A stretch of 64,000 nt of DNA. Origin: an uncultured Gemmataceae bacterium. Lineage in GTDB: Bacteria; Planctomycetota; Planctomycetia; Gemmatales; Gemmataceae. Location: assembly GCA_963750165.1 (NCBI GenBank), contig CAVVPN010000011.1, positions 640,001-704,000 on the forward strand. Reading direction: 5' to 3'. The translations under genes and the position numbers were made by a program. Below, piece after piece: positions 1 to 12,451 of this stretch. The notes below the pieces were generated by a model. It had not been told where the DNA came from. It did not search any database and saw only the letters and a program-made list of their open reading frames with translations. The first letter of the stretch is position 1. The number at the start of each line of letters is the position of its first letter.

Positions 1-553
1 GTCGATCGGCACGCAGAAACTCATCACGGCTGAGGAATTCGCCCGGATGCCCGACCCGCCGGACGGGTCGCAACAGGAACTCGTGCGGGGAGTGATCGTT
101 ACCATGCCGCCGCCAGGTGCTCGCCACGGGGCTTGCTGTTTTGAGGTGACGTTGCGGATCGGGACCTACGTCAAGGAACACAAGCTCGGCCACGTGTTCA
201 CAAACGACACCGGCTTCATCGTGGAGCGCGGTCCCGACACGGTGCGCGGCCCGGATGTGTCCTTCTGGCGGCGCGAACGCTTACCCGAAATCCCCACGGG
301 TTACATTGACATCCCCCCGGATTTGCTGGTGGAGGTGGTTTCTCCGGGAGACCATTTCACGCGCGTTCACAAAAAGGTGCACGATTACCTCAGCCGGGAG
401 GTGCCGCTCATTTGGGTCGTGGACCCGGAAGATCGGAGTGTGACGGTTTACCGCCCGGGTAAACAGGCGACCATCCTGGCTGAAGTGGATACGCTTTCCG
501 GCGAGGAGGCGTTGCCCGGGTTCTCCTGCGTCGTGCGCGAACTGTTTCCCTGA
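1..553 (+). CDS. Uma2/DUF820 family PD-(D/E)xK endonuclease (5' end runs off window)
   Basis: Open frame from nt 2 (SIGTQKLITAEEFARM...); motifs ELVRG, HG, RGPDVSF, PDLLVEVVSP, IWVVDPEDRSVTVY. Confidence 0.9.
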   Translation, partial: SIGTQKLITAEEFARMPDPPDGSQQELVRGVIVTMPPPGARHGACCFEVTLRIGTYVKEHKLGHVFTNDTGFIVERGPDTVRGPDVSFWRRERLPEIPTGYIDIPPDLLVEVVSPGDHFTRVHKKVHDYLSREVPLIWVVDPEDRSVTVYRPGKQATILAEVDTLSGEEALPGFSCVVRELFP

Positions 554-566
554 AGGCGAGGGTCGC

Positions 567-1142
567 ATGGTCTCCCAGGTCCAGGTCGTCTCCATCCTGA
601 TGATCATCCACGGCGCGCTGATCTCTTTGATGGGCTTGCTGTTCGCCGCGCTCGGGCCGTTCCTGTTCGCCATGGAGTCCTCTACCGCGCGGCGGCGGGA
701 CGACACCGGCCTGGCCGTGATGATGATCATTTTCCTCATCGGCGGGCTGCTCCTGCTGACCGTCGGCGTCCTGCACATCATCGCGGGCGTCCGCTGCCTG
801 AAGTTCCGCGGCCGCGTCCTGGCGATGGTGGCGCTGTTTGCCAACATCGTCGCCCTGCCGACCGGCTACTGCAGCCTGTTCGCCATCGGCATGGCCGTCT
901 ACGGGCTGATCGTGCTGTTCGACAAAGACGTGGCCCTGGCCTTCGAGCGGGGCGAGGAAGGCATGGCCAGGGAGGACATCCTCGCCGAATTCGCCCCGCG
1001 CTACCACCGCCGCCGTCGCCCGCGCCGCGACGAGGACGACTACGACCGCGACGAGGACCGCCGTCCGTCGTACCCCCGGGACGACGCCGACCGTGAGGAC
1101 CGCGGCGAACCGGACGACCAGGACCGCCACCGCTTCCGCTGA
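567..1142 (+). CDS. Hypothetical membrane protein with R/D-rich tail
   Basis: About four hydrophobic segments followed by a charged low-complexity C-terminus; GC3-rich codons. Confidence 0.75.
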   Translation: MVSQVQVVSILMIIHGALISLMGLLFAALGPFLFAMESSTARRRDDTGLAVMMIIFLIGGLLLLTVGVLHIIAGVRCLKFRGRVLAMVALFANIVALPTGYCSLFAIGMAVYGLIVLFDKDVALAFERGEEGMAREDILAEFAPRYHRRRRPRRDEDDYDRDEDRRPSYPRDDADREDRGEPDDQDRHRFR

Positions 1143-1238
1143 GCGGTCGGCCGGCGGCGCTTGCCGGGCGGCTGCTTTCGCCGCACAATACCGCCAATCT
1201 CACCCGGGCAACCAACGCAGCACAGCGAGGACACGGCG

Positions 1239-2090
1239 ATGCGCTACGGCATGAACTTGTTGTTGTGGACCGGTCACGTCACGTCGGCCCACTTCCCCCT
1301 GCTGGCGAAGCTAAAGCAGACCGGCTTCGACGGCGTGGAGCTGCCGCTCTTCGAGGGCGACGCGGCCCACTACAAGACCGTCCGCAAGGAACTGGACAAC
1401 CTCGGCCTCGGCTGCACCACGGTGACGGTGGCGACGCCGGAGGCCAACCCCATCAGCCCGGACCCGGCCGTCCGCCGCAAGGGCCACGAGCGGCACCAGT
1501 GGGCCATCGAGATGACGGCGACCCTGGGCGGTACGCACCTGTGCGGCCCGTACCACTCGCCGCTGGCGGTCTTCAGCGGCACCGGCCCCACCGACGACGA
1601 GAAGCAGCGCGCCGCCGACGTGCTGCGCCAGTCCGCGGAGTTCGCGCAGCAGCACCAGGTCACGCTGGCCATCGAGTACCTCAACCGCTTTGAATGCTAC
1701 TTCCTGACCACCGCCCGGCAGGCGAAGGCGCTGGTGCAGGCGGTGAACCATCCCAGCTTCCGCATGATGTACGACACGTTCCACGCCAACATTGAGGAGA
1801 AGAACATCCCCGAGGCCATCGAGAGCGTGGCGGACAGTTTCGTGCATGTTCACATCAGCGAGAACGACCGCGGCACACCGGGCACCGGCCACGTGCACTG
1901 GGCGGAGACGTTCCGGACGCTGCGCAAGGTGAAGTACGATGGCTGGATGGTGATCGAGGCGTTCGGCCGGGCGCTGCCGGAGCTGGCAGCGGCAACGCGC
2001 GTCTGGCGCGACCTGTTCCCGTCTGCGGAGGAGGTGTACACGCAGGGCCTGCGCTTCATGAAGGAGCAATGGGAGAAGGCGGGCAAGTGA
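1239..2090 (+). CDS. Sugar phosphate isomerase/epimerase (D-tagatose/D-psicose 3-epimerase-like TIM barrel)
   Basis: GFDGVE, EYLNRFE, DTFHANIEE, HVHISENDRG, IEAF motifs; ATG at 1239 with upstream GAGG. Confidence 0.9.
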   Translation: MRYGMNLLLWTGHVTSAHFPLLAKLKQTGFDGVELPLFEGDAAHYKTVRKELDNLGLGCTTVTVATPEANPISPDPAVRRKGHERHQWAIEMTATLGGTHLCGPYHSPLAVFSGTGPTDDEKQRAADVLRQSAEFAQQHQVTLAIEYLNRFECYFLTTARQAKALVQAVNHPSFRMMYDTFHANIEEKNIPEAIESVADSFVHVHISENDRGTPGTGHVHWAETFRTLRKVKYDGWMVIEAFGRALPELAAATRVWRDLFPSAEEVYTQGLRFMKEQWEKAGK

Positions 2091-2100
2091 AGAAGAATAA

Positions 2101-2196
2101 TCACCACAGAGAACGCAGAGAGCGCAGAGAAAAGACCAAGAATGAATGAAGCAATTCTTGGTCTTTTCTCTGCGCTCCCTGCGTTCTCTGTGGTGA
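2101..2196. repeat. Long intergenic palindrome with 9-nt periodic arms (family 1)
   Basis: tcaccacagagaacgcagagagcgcagagaaaagaccaag...cttggtcttttctctgcgctccctgcgttctctgtggtga; related copies at 5505, 22607, 50692. Confidence 0.85.
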
Positions 2197-2296
2197 AATG
2201 TTGTCTTCACTCTGAGGCGGCGGCGCGTTAGAATCCGCGCGGAGGTGCCCGGGTCGGGGCACGGTGAGGCTACCCGTCCGCGAAAGGATGCGAACC

Positions 2297-3296
2297 ATGA
2301 AGAACGTGGTGCTGGCGTTGGCCCTGCTCGCCCTCGGCACGGCGCCCGCAGCGGCGCAACAGCCCTGGGCCGAGAAGCTCTTCGGCGGGGTCACCAGTCA
2401 CGACTTCGGCAACGTGCCCCACGGCGCCCAGGTCAAGTACAGTTTCAAGGTCAAGAACATCTACGCCGTGCCACTCGAATTCACCGACGTGCGCAGCAGA
2501 CTGCATCTGTGGCAAGCCGGTCGCCAACCCGAAAGTCCTCCAGCCCCAGCAAGTGGGCACCATTGAGGTGATCATGGACACCTCCCGCTTCACGGGCCCC
2601 AAGAAACTCAACATCTTCGTCACCGTTGGCCCCGAGTACGTCTCGACGGCCACCTTGCTCGTCACCGCCTTCTCGCGCACCGACGTGGTGTTCAACCCCA
2701 GTCAGATGAACTTCGGCGTGGTGGCGCAGGGCCAGACGCCGACGCAGACCGTGGACGTGGAGTACACCGGCGTGCTCGACTGGCGCCTGACCGAGGTCGT
2801 CAAGGATCCCACGGCGCCGATCCACCTCACCGTCAAGGAACTCTACCGCCAGCCACCCATGAAGGGCTTCGTGGGCAAGGTCGGCTACCGCTTCACCGCC
2901 ACGCTCAAGGCCGACGCGCCGCCCGGCCCGATCAAGCAGGAACTCACCCTCAAGACCAATGACCCGACCGCGCCCGTGCTGACCCTGCTGGTCGAGGGCA
3001 ACGTCCAGGGGACGCTGACCGTGGCCCCAGCCGTGGCCAACCTCGGCAAACTGAAACTCGGCGAGGTCCGGACGCTCAAGGTGCAGGTGCGCGGCGCCCG
3101 GCCATTCCGCATCCTCGGCGTGGACGGCGGCAACGGCGTCAAGGTCGAGGCGCCAGCCGGCAGCGCCCCGAGCCACATTCTGGTGATTCGCCTGGCGGCC
3201 ACGCAGCCCGGCGAGGTGCGCCGGCAACTCCTGATCCGCACCGACCTCGACAACGCCACGGCGACGCTGCCGCTGCAGGCCGTCGTCGCGCCGTGA
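2297..3296 (+). CDS. DUF1573-like Ig-fold exported protein, frameshifted near 2498
   Basis: Signal peptide and HDFG motif in the first frame; CIC motif (CGC-like) and the remainder in the next frame (ORFs 2264-2566 and 2553-3296). Confidence 0.75.
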
Positions 3297-3345
3297 GCAG
3301 GACGGGCGTGCGCCGGCGGGGCTTTCTATAATGGGGGAAGGGTTG

Positions 3346-3390
3346 CCCCCTCACCCCCAACCCCTCCCCCCTGAAGGGGGCGAGGGGAGC
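3346..3390. repeat. Short GC-rich REP-like hairpin (ccctcacccc...ggggcgagggg)
   Basis: Imperfect inverted repeat just downstream of a TATAAT at 3327-3332. Confidence 0.5.
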
Positions 3391-3419
3391 CAGAGGGCCC
3401 TTCGTCGCCGGAGCGCACC

Positions 3420-5503
3420 ATGAGCACGTCCCCGTTCACCAACCGGCTCGTCCACGAAACCAGTCCCTACCTGAAGCAGCACGCCCACAACCCCGTGGAC
3501 TGGTATCCCTGGGGCGACGAAGCACTGCGTCGGGCGCGCGAACTGGATCGGCCCGTCTTCCTCAGCATCGGCTACTCGGCGTGCCACTGGTGTCACGTCA
3601 TGGAGCACGAGAGTTTTGAGGACCCCGAGGTCGGCCGGCTCCTCAACGAACACTTCGTCAGCATCAAGGTGGACCGCGAGGAGCGGCCCGACCTCGATCA
3701 AATCTACATGACGGCGGTGCAACTGCTCACCGGCCAGGGCGGCTGGCCGATGTCCATGTTCCTGACGCCGGCGCTGCAGCCGTTCTACGGCGGCACCTAC
3801 TTCCCGCCCGATGATCGCTATGGCCGGCCATCGTTCAAGCGGCTGCTACAGGCGATCATCCACGCCTGGCAGACGCAGCGCCAGGAAATCGAGGCGCAGG
3901 CTGGTAAGGTCACCGAGGAGGTGCAGCGGGCCGTGCAGGTTGAGGCCGCCGCGGGAGAACTGACCGACGCCCTGCTGCGGCCCATCGTGCCGGCGCTGCG
4001 GCGCGTCTTCGACCCCACCTTCGGCGGCTTCGGTCAGGCTCCCAAATTCTCGCACTCGATGGAAATCCGCCTGCTGTTGCGATTGTGGCGGCGCTTCCGC
4101 GACGACGAGGCGCTGCAGATGGCGACGCGGACGCTGGACGGCATGGCCCTGGGCGGTATGTACGACCATTTGGGCGGCGGCTTTCACCGCTACAGCACCG
4201 ACCGCCGCTGGCTGGTGCCGCACTTCGAGAAGATGCTGTACGACAACGCCCTGCTGAGCGTCGCCTACCTGGAGGCGTACCAGGCGACCGGCAGCCCGTT
4301 TTACCGCGAGGTCGTCGAGGAGACGCTCGCTTACGTGCAGCGCGAGATGACCAGTCCGGAGGGCGGATTTTACAGTACCCAGGACGCGGACAGCGAGGGC
4401 GAGGAGGGCAAGTTCTTCGTCTGGACGTGGGCGGAGGTCGAGGAGGCGCTCGGCATCTATCTGGCGGCGGCGTTCCGGCCGGTGTACTGCATGACAGGAG
4501 ATGGCAACTGGGAGGGCGGGAAGAACATCCTGCACCGGGTACGGACCGATGAGCAGGAAGCCTCGCTGCTTGGGCTGACGGTGGACGAGCTGCGCGAGCG
4601 GCTGGCGGCGGCGAAGGCGAAATTGTTCGCGGTTCGCAGCCGGCGTGTTCGGCCGCACCGCGATGAGAAAATGCTGACGGCGTGGAACGGCCTGATGATC
4701 ACCGCGTTCGCACGGGCCGCGCAGGTGCTGGAGAAGCCGGCGTACACTGCCGCGGCGTGCCGGACCGCCGAATTTGTCCTGACCCGCATGCGCCAGCCGG
4801 ACGGTCGGCTGTGGCGAACATACAGCACCGGCTCCCAACCGAAGCTCAACGGCTACCTGGAGGATTACACTTTCCTTATCAACGCCCTGATCGACGTGTA
4901 CGAACTGATGTTCGAGCCGCGCTGGGTGCGGAGCGCCCTGGAACTGACCGGCGTGCTGATCGAGCAGTTCTGGGACGACGCCGAGGGCGGTTTTTTCTTC
5001 ACCGGCCGCGACCACGAGGCGTTAATTACGCGCAGCAAGGACCCGCAAGACAACGCCACGCCGTCGGGTAATTCGATGGCGGCAACGGCGCTCCTGCGCC
5101 TGGCGAAGCTGACCGGCCGGGCCGATTTGCAAGAGAAGGCCGTGCGAACGCTGCAGTGCTTCCGCGGGCTGATGGCGTCCAGCCCGATGGCGGCCGGGCA
5201 GATGCTCATCGCCCTGGATTTCCATCTCGGGCCGGTCGATGAGGTGGCGCTGGTCGGCGCGCCGGGTCCGACGCGGTGCGCGCGGCCCTGCGGCTGATCC
5301 GGCAACCGTTTCGCCCGCAGCAGGTGGTGGCGCTGCGCGACCCGGCTGGCATTACCGGTGAGGCGGAGCGGCTGGTCCCGTTGCTCGCCGACAAGTCCGC
5401 TCAGGGATCGGTGACCACTTACCTCTGTCGTGATTTCACCTGCCAGGCGCCGCTGGTGGGGATGGAAGCGCTGCGGACAGCCCTGGAGAGACCGCAGGAT
5501 TAA
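3420..5503 (+). CDS. Thioredoxin-domain YyaL/SSP411 (DUF255) family protein, frameshifted near 5270
   Basis: [40 protein letters not shown]-terminal [11 protein letters not shown] lies in ORF 5276-5503. Confidence 0.9.
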
Positions 5504-5504
5504 C

Positions 5505-5669
5505 CCGGAGGATTCACCACGGAGAACGCGGAGAGCGCAGAGAGAAGACCGAGGAATCGATCCACAGCTGACACAGAAGAACACCGATAAAGACAGTTGA
5601 ATGGGTCTTTATCGGTGTTCCTCTGTGTCAGCTGTGGATCCTCTTTTGTCTTTTCTCTGCGCTCTCTGC
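5505..5669. repeat. Family-1 palindrome with nested inner palindrome
   Basis: Near-identical to 50692-50880; inner arms ...gacacag..caccgataaagac / gtctttatcggtg..ctgtgtc. Confidence 0.85.
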
Positions 5670-5879
5670 CGTGCGCGGCGGAACGACTTTTGCAGTGTGC
5701 AAAGATGCAGCGTCTTCGGGTCGCTAACCGAATATGCCATCAGCCTACGACAGTTCACCGGGTATCGATTTCGCCGATTGCGTAATTAGGGTAAATTGGG
5801 TAAAACAAAGTGCGGTGGGCTGCCGAACCGTTGCGAGGGAGTGCCCGGAGCGATTGGGTGCCGGTCGGGGAGGCTGTGA

Positions 5880-6254
5880 ATGGATGCCCTGCACGCATTG
5901 CTGGACGAGGTGAGGAAGAAAGGACTGGTGAAGGGCCGTCTATTTGGCCTGTTGAACGTCCTGATCGGCCGCAAGGTCAGCAAGGCGGACAGCGTCGTCT
6001 GCAATGGCCTGACCTGGCGCGAGCTGGCGGCGATCCTGAAAAAAGCCCGCTGGGACCGGGACGGCGTGCGCGAGTTCGGTCTGGACCCCGACCATCTGCC
6101 GCCGCGCGACCGGCAGCAGTTCTGGTATAGCGCCATCGCCCGGGCCGGCGTGGACAGCGCCGCGGCCACCGCGGCGGGCGATGAGTTGGCCGCGGCCCTG
6201 GAAAAACTGGGCTACGAGGTCGGCCCGGCTCCGGGGCAGCCGAAGGATGAGTGA
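5880..6254 (+). CDS. Hypothetical protein
   Basis: 124 aa ORF with upstream GGAGG and plausible globular composition. Confidence 0.7.
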   Translation: MDALHALLDEVRKKGLVKGRLFGLLNVLIGRKVSKADSVVCNGLTWRELAAILKKARWDRDGVREFGLDPDHLPPRDRQQFWYSAIARAGVDSAAATAAGDELAAALEKLGYEVGPAPGQPKDE

Positions 6255-6268
6255 TCCGCCGACTCCCA

Positions 6269-8077
6269 TTACTTGACGCCCGCCCTGGCCGCCGCCCTGG
6301 GGTCGATTTTCTTCAGCGCCCGGCCGACGGCGGCGCGGATCTCCGCATTCGGGTCGTTGAGCAACCGCACCAACCGCGGCACTGCCGTGACGCCCTGCTT
6401 GCCACCCTCGCCCAAAAAGTCCGCGGCCCGGATGCGGTGAGCAGCCTTGCGATCCTCCAGCACCGACACCAACCCTTCGACCACCTCCGGATCCGAGCCG
6501 AGGAGACTGAACGCGCCGCGGGCGTTCTTGCTCACTTGCTCGTCGGGGTCATCCACGGCCGCCAGCAGCGCCGGCACGGCCGCGGCGCTGCGCAGATGGA
6601 GGGCGTCGATCCAGCTGAACGCCTGCGTCGCCAGGCGGCGGACGTGAACGTCCTTGTGCTTCATCGCCCGGCACCAGACCGGCATCGCCTCCAGGCCCAG
6701 GCAGCGCAGGCCGATGATGGCCTCGTCGCGCACCTGGGTACTCTTGTCGCTCAACAATGGTTCCAGGGCCAGGACTGCCCGGCGACGGTCCGGGTTGCCC
6801 GCGGCGTCGTGGTCCATCATGCGGTGGACGCGCCCCACCATGCCCACGGCCCGGGCGACGCGGCCGCGCATCAGCGGGTCGGGGTCGTTCAACAGCGGGA
6901 GCAGCGTCGGCAGTGCGGCGGCCGGTACGGAACGCATTTGCATCAGCCCGTGCGCGGCCTGCAGGCGATAGTTCGGGTTCTGCAAGGCATCGAGGAACGG
7001 TTGCACGGCGTCCGGGCCGATTTCCAGCAGCGCCCACCAGGCGTTGTCGCGCAGCAGTTTGTTGTCGCCCTTCCAGGCGGTGACCAGAGCCGGCACGGCG
7101 TCCGGGCCGTTGGACACCAGCGCCAGGCGGGCGCGGCCGCGGATGTTGAAGTCTGCATCCTTCAGGAGAGCGATCAGGGGGACGATGGCGTCCTTGCCGA
7201 TCCCCGCCAGCGCGTGCGGCGGCCCACAGTAGCCAGGGGGTTGTTTCTTGAGCATGGGTGGTGGGTTACGGAGGGCGGCGATCAGGGCGGGAATGGCCGC
7301 CCGCGCCTCCGGGCCGATGCCGTGCAGCGCGAAGCAGGCGTGACCGAAGGCCGGTTCTTGCTGCGCCTCGACCAGCGCGACGAGCGCGGGCACAGCGGGT
7401 TTGGCGGCCGCGCCCAGCGTGTGCAGTGCCTGGGCGGTGTCCTCCAGCACCGCAGCGTCACGCTCCTTCAGCGCGGCGATCAGCACGGCCAGGCCGGTCT
7501 TCAGGTCGCCGGCGCGGCTCAGAGCGAACGCGGCGCCGACCCGCACTTTTTTGTCCGGATCGTCCAGCGCCTTGCGCAGCGCGGGCAGCACATCCTTGGC
7601 GCCGGGGCCGATGGCCGCCAGCGCCCACGCCACGTCAGCGCGGACGGCGGCGTCGGGGTCCGCGAGCGCCTTCACGAAGACGGGCATCGCCGCAGTCGAG
7701 CGCGGCCCGGGACCGTAGCGCACGACGAAGTGGCCCCGGAAGTGGAGATCCTTGTCCTTATCCTTCAGTGCCGCCAGCATCAGCGCGGCGGTGCGGTCGG
7801 CCTGGTGGCCGAGCCGGCACAGCGCCCCGGCGACCTCGACGCGCACGTGACGATCCGGGTCGTCCAGGGCCTTGACCAGCGCGGGCAGCGCCGGCTGCGC
7901 GGCGTCTGGCTTCACCCTGGACAGTTCCCGGGCGGCGATGATGCGCCAGCCGGTATCCTTGTTCCCGAGCTGGCGTATCAATTCCTGGACGTATCGCTCC
8001 GTCTCCTGCTTCGTGCCCCCGGCGGCACCGGGAGCCAGTAGCGCCAGCACGCCAACGAACGCGACCACGCTGAACAT
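6269..8077 (-). CDS. Exported HEAT/PBS-lyase repeat protein
   Basis: Repeated AVPAL..AL.DPD..VR..AA.AL units; signal peptide; GGAGG before ATG 8077. Confidence 0.9.
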   Translation of the reverse strand: MFSVVAFVGVLALLAPGAAGGTKQETERYVQELIRQLGNKDTGWRIIAARELSRVKPDAAQPALPALVKALDDPDRHVRVEVAGALCRLGHQADRTAALMLAALKDKDKDLHFRGHFVVRYGPGPRSTAAMPVFVKALADPDAAVRADVAWALAAIGPGAKDVLPALRKALDDPDKKVRVGAAFALSRAGDLKTGLAVLIAALKERDAAVLEDTAQALHTLGAAAKPAVPALVALVEAQQEPAFGHACFALHGIGPEARAAIPALIAALRNPPPMLKKQPPGYCGPPHALAGIGKDAIVPLIALLKDADFNIRGRARLALVSNGPDAVPALVTAWKGDNKLLRDNAWWALLEIGPDAVQPFLDALQNPNYRLQAAHGLMQMRSVPAAALPTLLPLLNDPDPLMRGRVARAVGMVGRVHRMMDHDAAGNPDRRRAVLALEPLLSDKSTQVRDEAIIGLRCLGLEAMPVWCRAMKHKDVHVRRLATQAFSWIDALHLRSAAAVPALLAAVDDPDEQVSKNARGAFSLLGSDPEVVEGLVSVLEDRKAAHRIRAADFLGEGGKQGVTAVPRLVRLLNDPNAEIRAAVGRALKKIDPRAAARAGVK

Positions 8078-8101
8078 GCCACACCTCCACGACACCGGAC
8101 C

Positions 8102-9124
8102 TCAGTTGGAAACGCTGACCTTTGGCAACGCTTTTCGCAGCATGCGGACGCCCGCGTCGGTCACTCGTGTCTCATTCACGATTACATCACGGAGTTCCTG
8201 CAACTGGACAAGTTCGGACATGCCCGCGTCGGTGACCTTCGTGCCGTACAGGATCAGCAGTCGCAGCTGTGTCATCTGGCCGACGTGGCGCAACCCCGCG
8301 TCGGTGATCTTCGTGTCGTACAGATCCAGGGTCTGCAATTTGGACAGTTCCGCCAGCGCCCGCAGGCCGCGGTCGGTTACCTGCGTCTTCCCGAGCCAGA
8401 GATCCCGAAGGTTCGGCAGCCCGGCCAGGTCGCGCAACCCCGCGTCACCGACTTTCGTGCCGCGCAGCATCAGCAGGCGGAGCGTTTTCACTGCCGTCAG
8501 GTTGCGCAGCCCCGCGTCGGTGACCCGGGTTTGTTCGAGGAACAATTCCTGCAGCTGGGGCAGCGGCGCCAGTTCCTTGAGCCCCGCGTCGGTGACCGCA
8601 GTCATGCGCAGCGACAGCGCGTGCAGGTTCTTGAGCTGCGCCACGTGCTTCAGTCCCTCGTCGGTCACGCGGGTGAGGTCCAGGTCCAGGCGGCGCAACC
8701 CCGTCAACGGGGCCAGCGCGAGTAGGCCGGCGTCGGTCGTCTGCGTGCCGCTCAACTGCAGCACGTGCAGTTTTTTCAGGCCCGCCAGCGCTTTCAGGCC
8801 CACCCCCTGAACCTGCGTCCTCATGAGGTCCAGCGTCCGCAGTTCAGTGAGTCCGGCCAGCGACTTCAAGCCCTCGTCGGTGATCGCCGTGCTCTCCAGT
8901 CTCAGCGTCTGGAGTTGCTTGCACCCGGCCAGCAGACGCAGGTCCGCGTCCGTTACCCGGGTTTCGTTGAGGTGAACGGCAACGACCGCCCCGCCGTTGC
9001 GGTACACCTTGCCGCGGAGGCGCTCGACGGCCTGCACCGCTCGGTCCTCGGCCTCGTCGGCGACCAGAGCGGCGGGCGACAGTGCGAAGGTGAGGAGTGC
9101 CAGCAGGAAAATGAGCCGGTGCAT
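8102..9124 (-). CDS. Exported leucine-rich repeat protein (24-aa LxxLxLxxTxVTDAGL repeats)
   Basis: About 11 diverged LRRs, signal peptide MHRLIFLLALL, C-cap LRKALP. Confidence 0.9.
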   Translation of the reverse strand: MHRLIFLLALLTFALSPAALVADEAEDRAVQAVERLRGKVYRNGGAVVAVHLNETRVTDADLRLLAGCKQLQTLRLESTAITDEGLKSLAGLTELRTLDLMRTQVQGVGLKALAGLKKLHVLQLSGTQTTDAGLLALAPLTGLRRLDLDLTRVTDEGLKHVAQLKNLHALSLRMTAVTDAGLKELAPLPQLQELFLEQTRVTDAGLRNLTAVKTLRLLMLRGTKVGDAGLRDLAGLPNLRDLWLGKTQVTDRGLRALAELSKLQTLDLYDTKITDAGLRHVGQMTQLRLLILYGTKVTDAGMSELVQLQELRDVIVNETRVTDAGVRMLRKALPKVSVSN

Positions 9125-9274
9125 CGGGAAGCTCCACGGGTGGAGAGGGAGGTCGCACCCGAAGATGATAACCGATCCGCGGAAAAGAGCGTGTAACAAA
9201 CGGGTAACGAGCGCGGCTCAGGTAAAGTTTGCGGCTACGGCCAGAAGCGGGCAAGCAGTTTTGTCCGCTAGCTC

Positions 9275-10621
<1,347 letters not shown>

Positions 10622-10677
10622 GATTACTGTTACGAAGGGCCGAGGTTCGTTCCCGGAGCGAAACGCGGCGGCGATGC

Positions 10678-11175
10678 TTAACCCGTGGGATCGACCCGGA
10701 AGAGAACCTGGCCGTAATCTACAGCATCCTCGTCTTTCATCAAGATTTCGGTGATGACACCACTGCACTCCGCCTGGATTTCGTTCTGCATCTTCATGGC
10801 CATGATAATGCAGACGACTGTGGTCGGTGTGACGCGACTGCCGATGGTGACGAACGGCGCGGCGTCGGGGTTCGGTTTGGAATAATAGGTGCCGACCGCC
10901 GGACACTTGATCTCGAGCAGTTTTTTGGCGGCTACGGCCTCCGAGACCGGTTGGGGCACGGCTGCGGTGGGGGTCGCGGCGGTCGGCAGCGGCGCCAGCG
11001 TGACCGGCGCGATGCCGGGGACCGTCAGCGGCAGGCCGCCGCGGCGCAGCAGAATGCGGCGGTTGCCCTCGCGCAGATCGATCTCGCTCAGGTCGTGGCG
11101 GCGCATCAGACGCACCAGCGCCTTGACCGTCGGCACGTCAAAAGGGCCCGGGCTGTTGGACACGTCGTCAGCCAC
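10678..11175 (-). CDS. accB: Biotin carboxyl carrier protein
   Basis: AMKM biotinylation motif, Pro/Ala linker, adjacent to accC. Confidence 0.95.
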   Translation of the reverse strand: MADDVSNSPGPFDVPTVKALVRLMRRHDLSEIDLREGNRRILLRRGGLPLTVPGIAPVTLAPLPTAATPTAAVPQPVSEAVAAKKLLEIKCPAVGTYYSKPNPDAAPFVTIGSRVTPTTVVCIIMAMKMQNEIQAECSGVITEILMKDEDAVDYGQVLFRVDPTG

Positions 11176-11211
11176 CGTGTTCTCCCACTTCCTCTGGGTC
11201 GGCCCGCCCGG

Positions 11212-12360
11212 TCAACACTCGACCACCGCGGCGGCCAGGTCCTTCGGCACGCTGGTCAGCACTTCACAGCCGTCGAGCGTCACAAGCACGTCGTCTTCAA
11301 TGCGGACACCACCCCATTCGGGCAGGTAGATGCCGGGCTCGACGGTCACCACCATGCCCGCCTGCAACTCGACCTCGGAGCCGGGCCGCAGCAGCGGCGC
11401 CTCATGGACCTGCAGGCCCAGGCCGTGGCCAGTGCTGTGCGTGAAGTGGTCGCCGTAACCCGCCGCGGCGATGACCGAGCGGGCGGCGGCGTCCACCTGA
11501 CCGGCCCGCACGCCGGGCCGCAGGGTGGCGATGGCCGCGGCCTGGGCGCGCAGCACAACCTCATACACTTCCTGGAATTTCGGCTCGACGCCATTGGCCC
11601 CGGGCTGGTCCCAGCGCGTGGAAGTTGTACGGGTCCACAGAACGCGTGTCAAGTCGCTTTTGTAGAAGCGGCCGCTGGCGCCCCAGTCGAGCAGCAGCAG
11701 TGGATTTTCCGCGACGCGGCGGCTGGTCGGCGGCGCGTGCGGCAGGGCGGCGCGGCTGCCGACGGCGACGATGGCCGGGAAACTGCTGCCACGGCCGCCC
11801 GCCCGCCGGAGGTAGCTTTCGATGGCGTCGCTGAGGTCTTTTTCGCAGTCGTCTGGCCGCAGCAGGGCGCGGAACATGGCGAACGCCCGCTGCGCGAAGT
11901 CGATGGCCTCGCGGATCTGGCCGACCTCAATGGCGTCCTTGCAGGCCCGCAGTTGCTCGACGCGGTCGCGGCCCGGCTTCCAGTCGAGGTTGGCCGCGGC
12001 GCCGCGCAGCGCCTCCAGGTCGGCTACGGTCAGGTGGCTGCTCTCGATGCCAACGTGCTTGACGCCGAGCCTGTCCAGCGTCTGGGCGGTGGCCTCGGTC
12101 AGCGGCGTCACCGGCGGGCGGATAACCGTCTCCAGGCCAGGACACTCCTCGGCCAGTTGCTGCGTGAAGCGGCCGTCGCTGACGAGGACGCTGCGCCGCG
12201 GCGTAACGATCAGGTGGCTGCTCTCGCCGCTGAAGCCGGTCAGGTAGCTGACATTGACGGGCTGGCTGACGAGCAGGGCGTCGAGGCCCTCGTTGGCCAC
12301 GCTCTCGGCGAGGCGGCGGCGGCGGTCGGCGAAGTAGTCGGGTGCGGTCGGCGGCGTCAA
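11212..12360 (-). CDS. Xaa-Pro aminopeptidase (M24 family); start uncertain (TTG 12360)
   Basis: YLTGFSG, DWGA, SDLTR, HSTGHGLGLQVHE, TVEPGIY, GVRIEDD. Confidence 0.92.
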   Translation of the reverse strand: MTPPTAPDYFADRRRRLAESVANEGLDALLVSQPVNVSYLTGFSGESSHLIVTPRRSVLVSDGRFTQQLAEECPGLETVIRPPVTPLTEATAQTLDRLGVKHVGIESSHLTVADLEALRGAAANLDWKPGRDRVEQLRACKDAIEVGQIREAIDFAQRAFAMFRALLRPDDCEKDLSDAIESYLRRAGGRGSSFPAIVAVGSRAALPHAPPTSRRVAENPLLLLDWGASGRFYKSDLTRVLWTRTTSTRWDQPGANGVEPKFQEVYEVVLRAQAAAIATLRPGVRAGQVDAAARSVIAAAGYGDHFTHSTGHGLGLQVHEAPLLRPGSEVELQAGMVVTVEPGIYLPEWGGVRIEDDVLVTLDGCEVLTSVPKDLAAAVVEC

Positions 12361-12451
12361 GGGAAGGCCCTTCCGTGAAGCGGGTGCGGGCGGTTTGGTA
12401 GGGATCAGTGTAGCGACCGCCGCCCCTGGCCGCAATTCAGTCTCGTGAAGT

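Noticed and set aside
6251..8041. Long antisense/alternate-frame ORFs (e.g. 6251-8041, 12445-14037, 16900-18117, 26526-28229, 48902-50164)
   Set aside because: Shadow ORFs expected at high GC opposite well-supported genes; no motifs of their own
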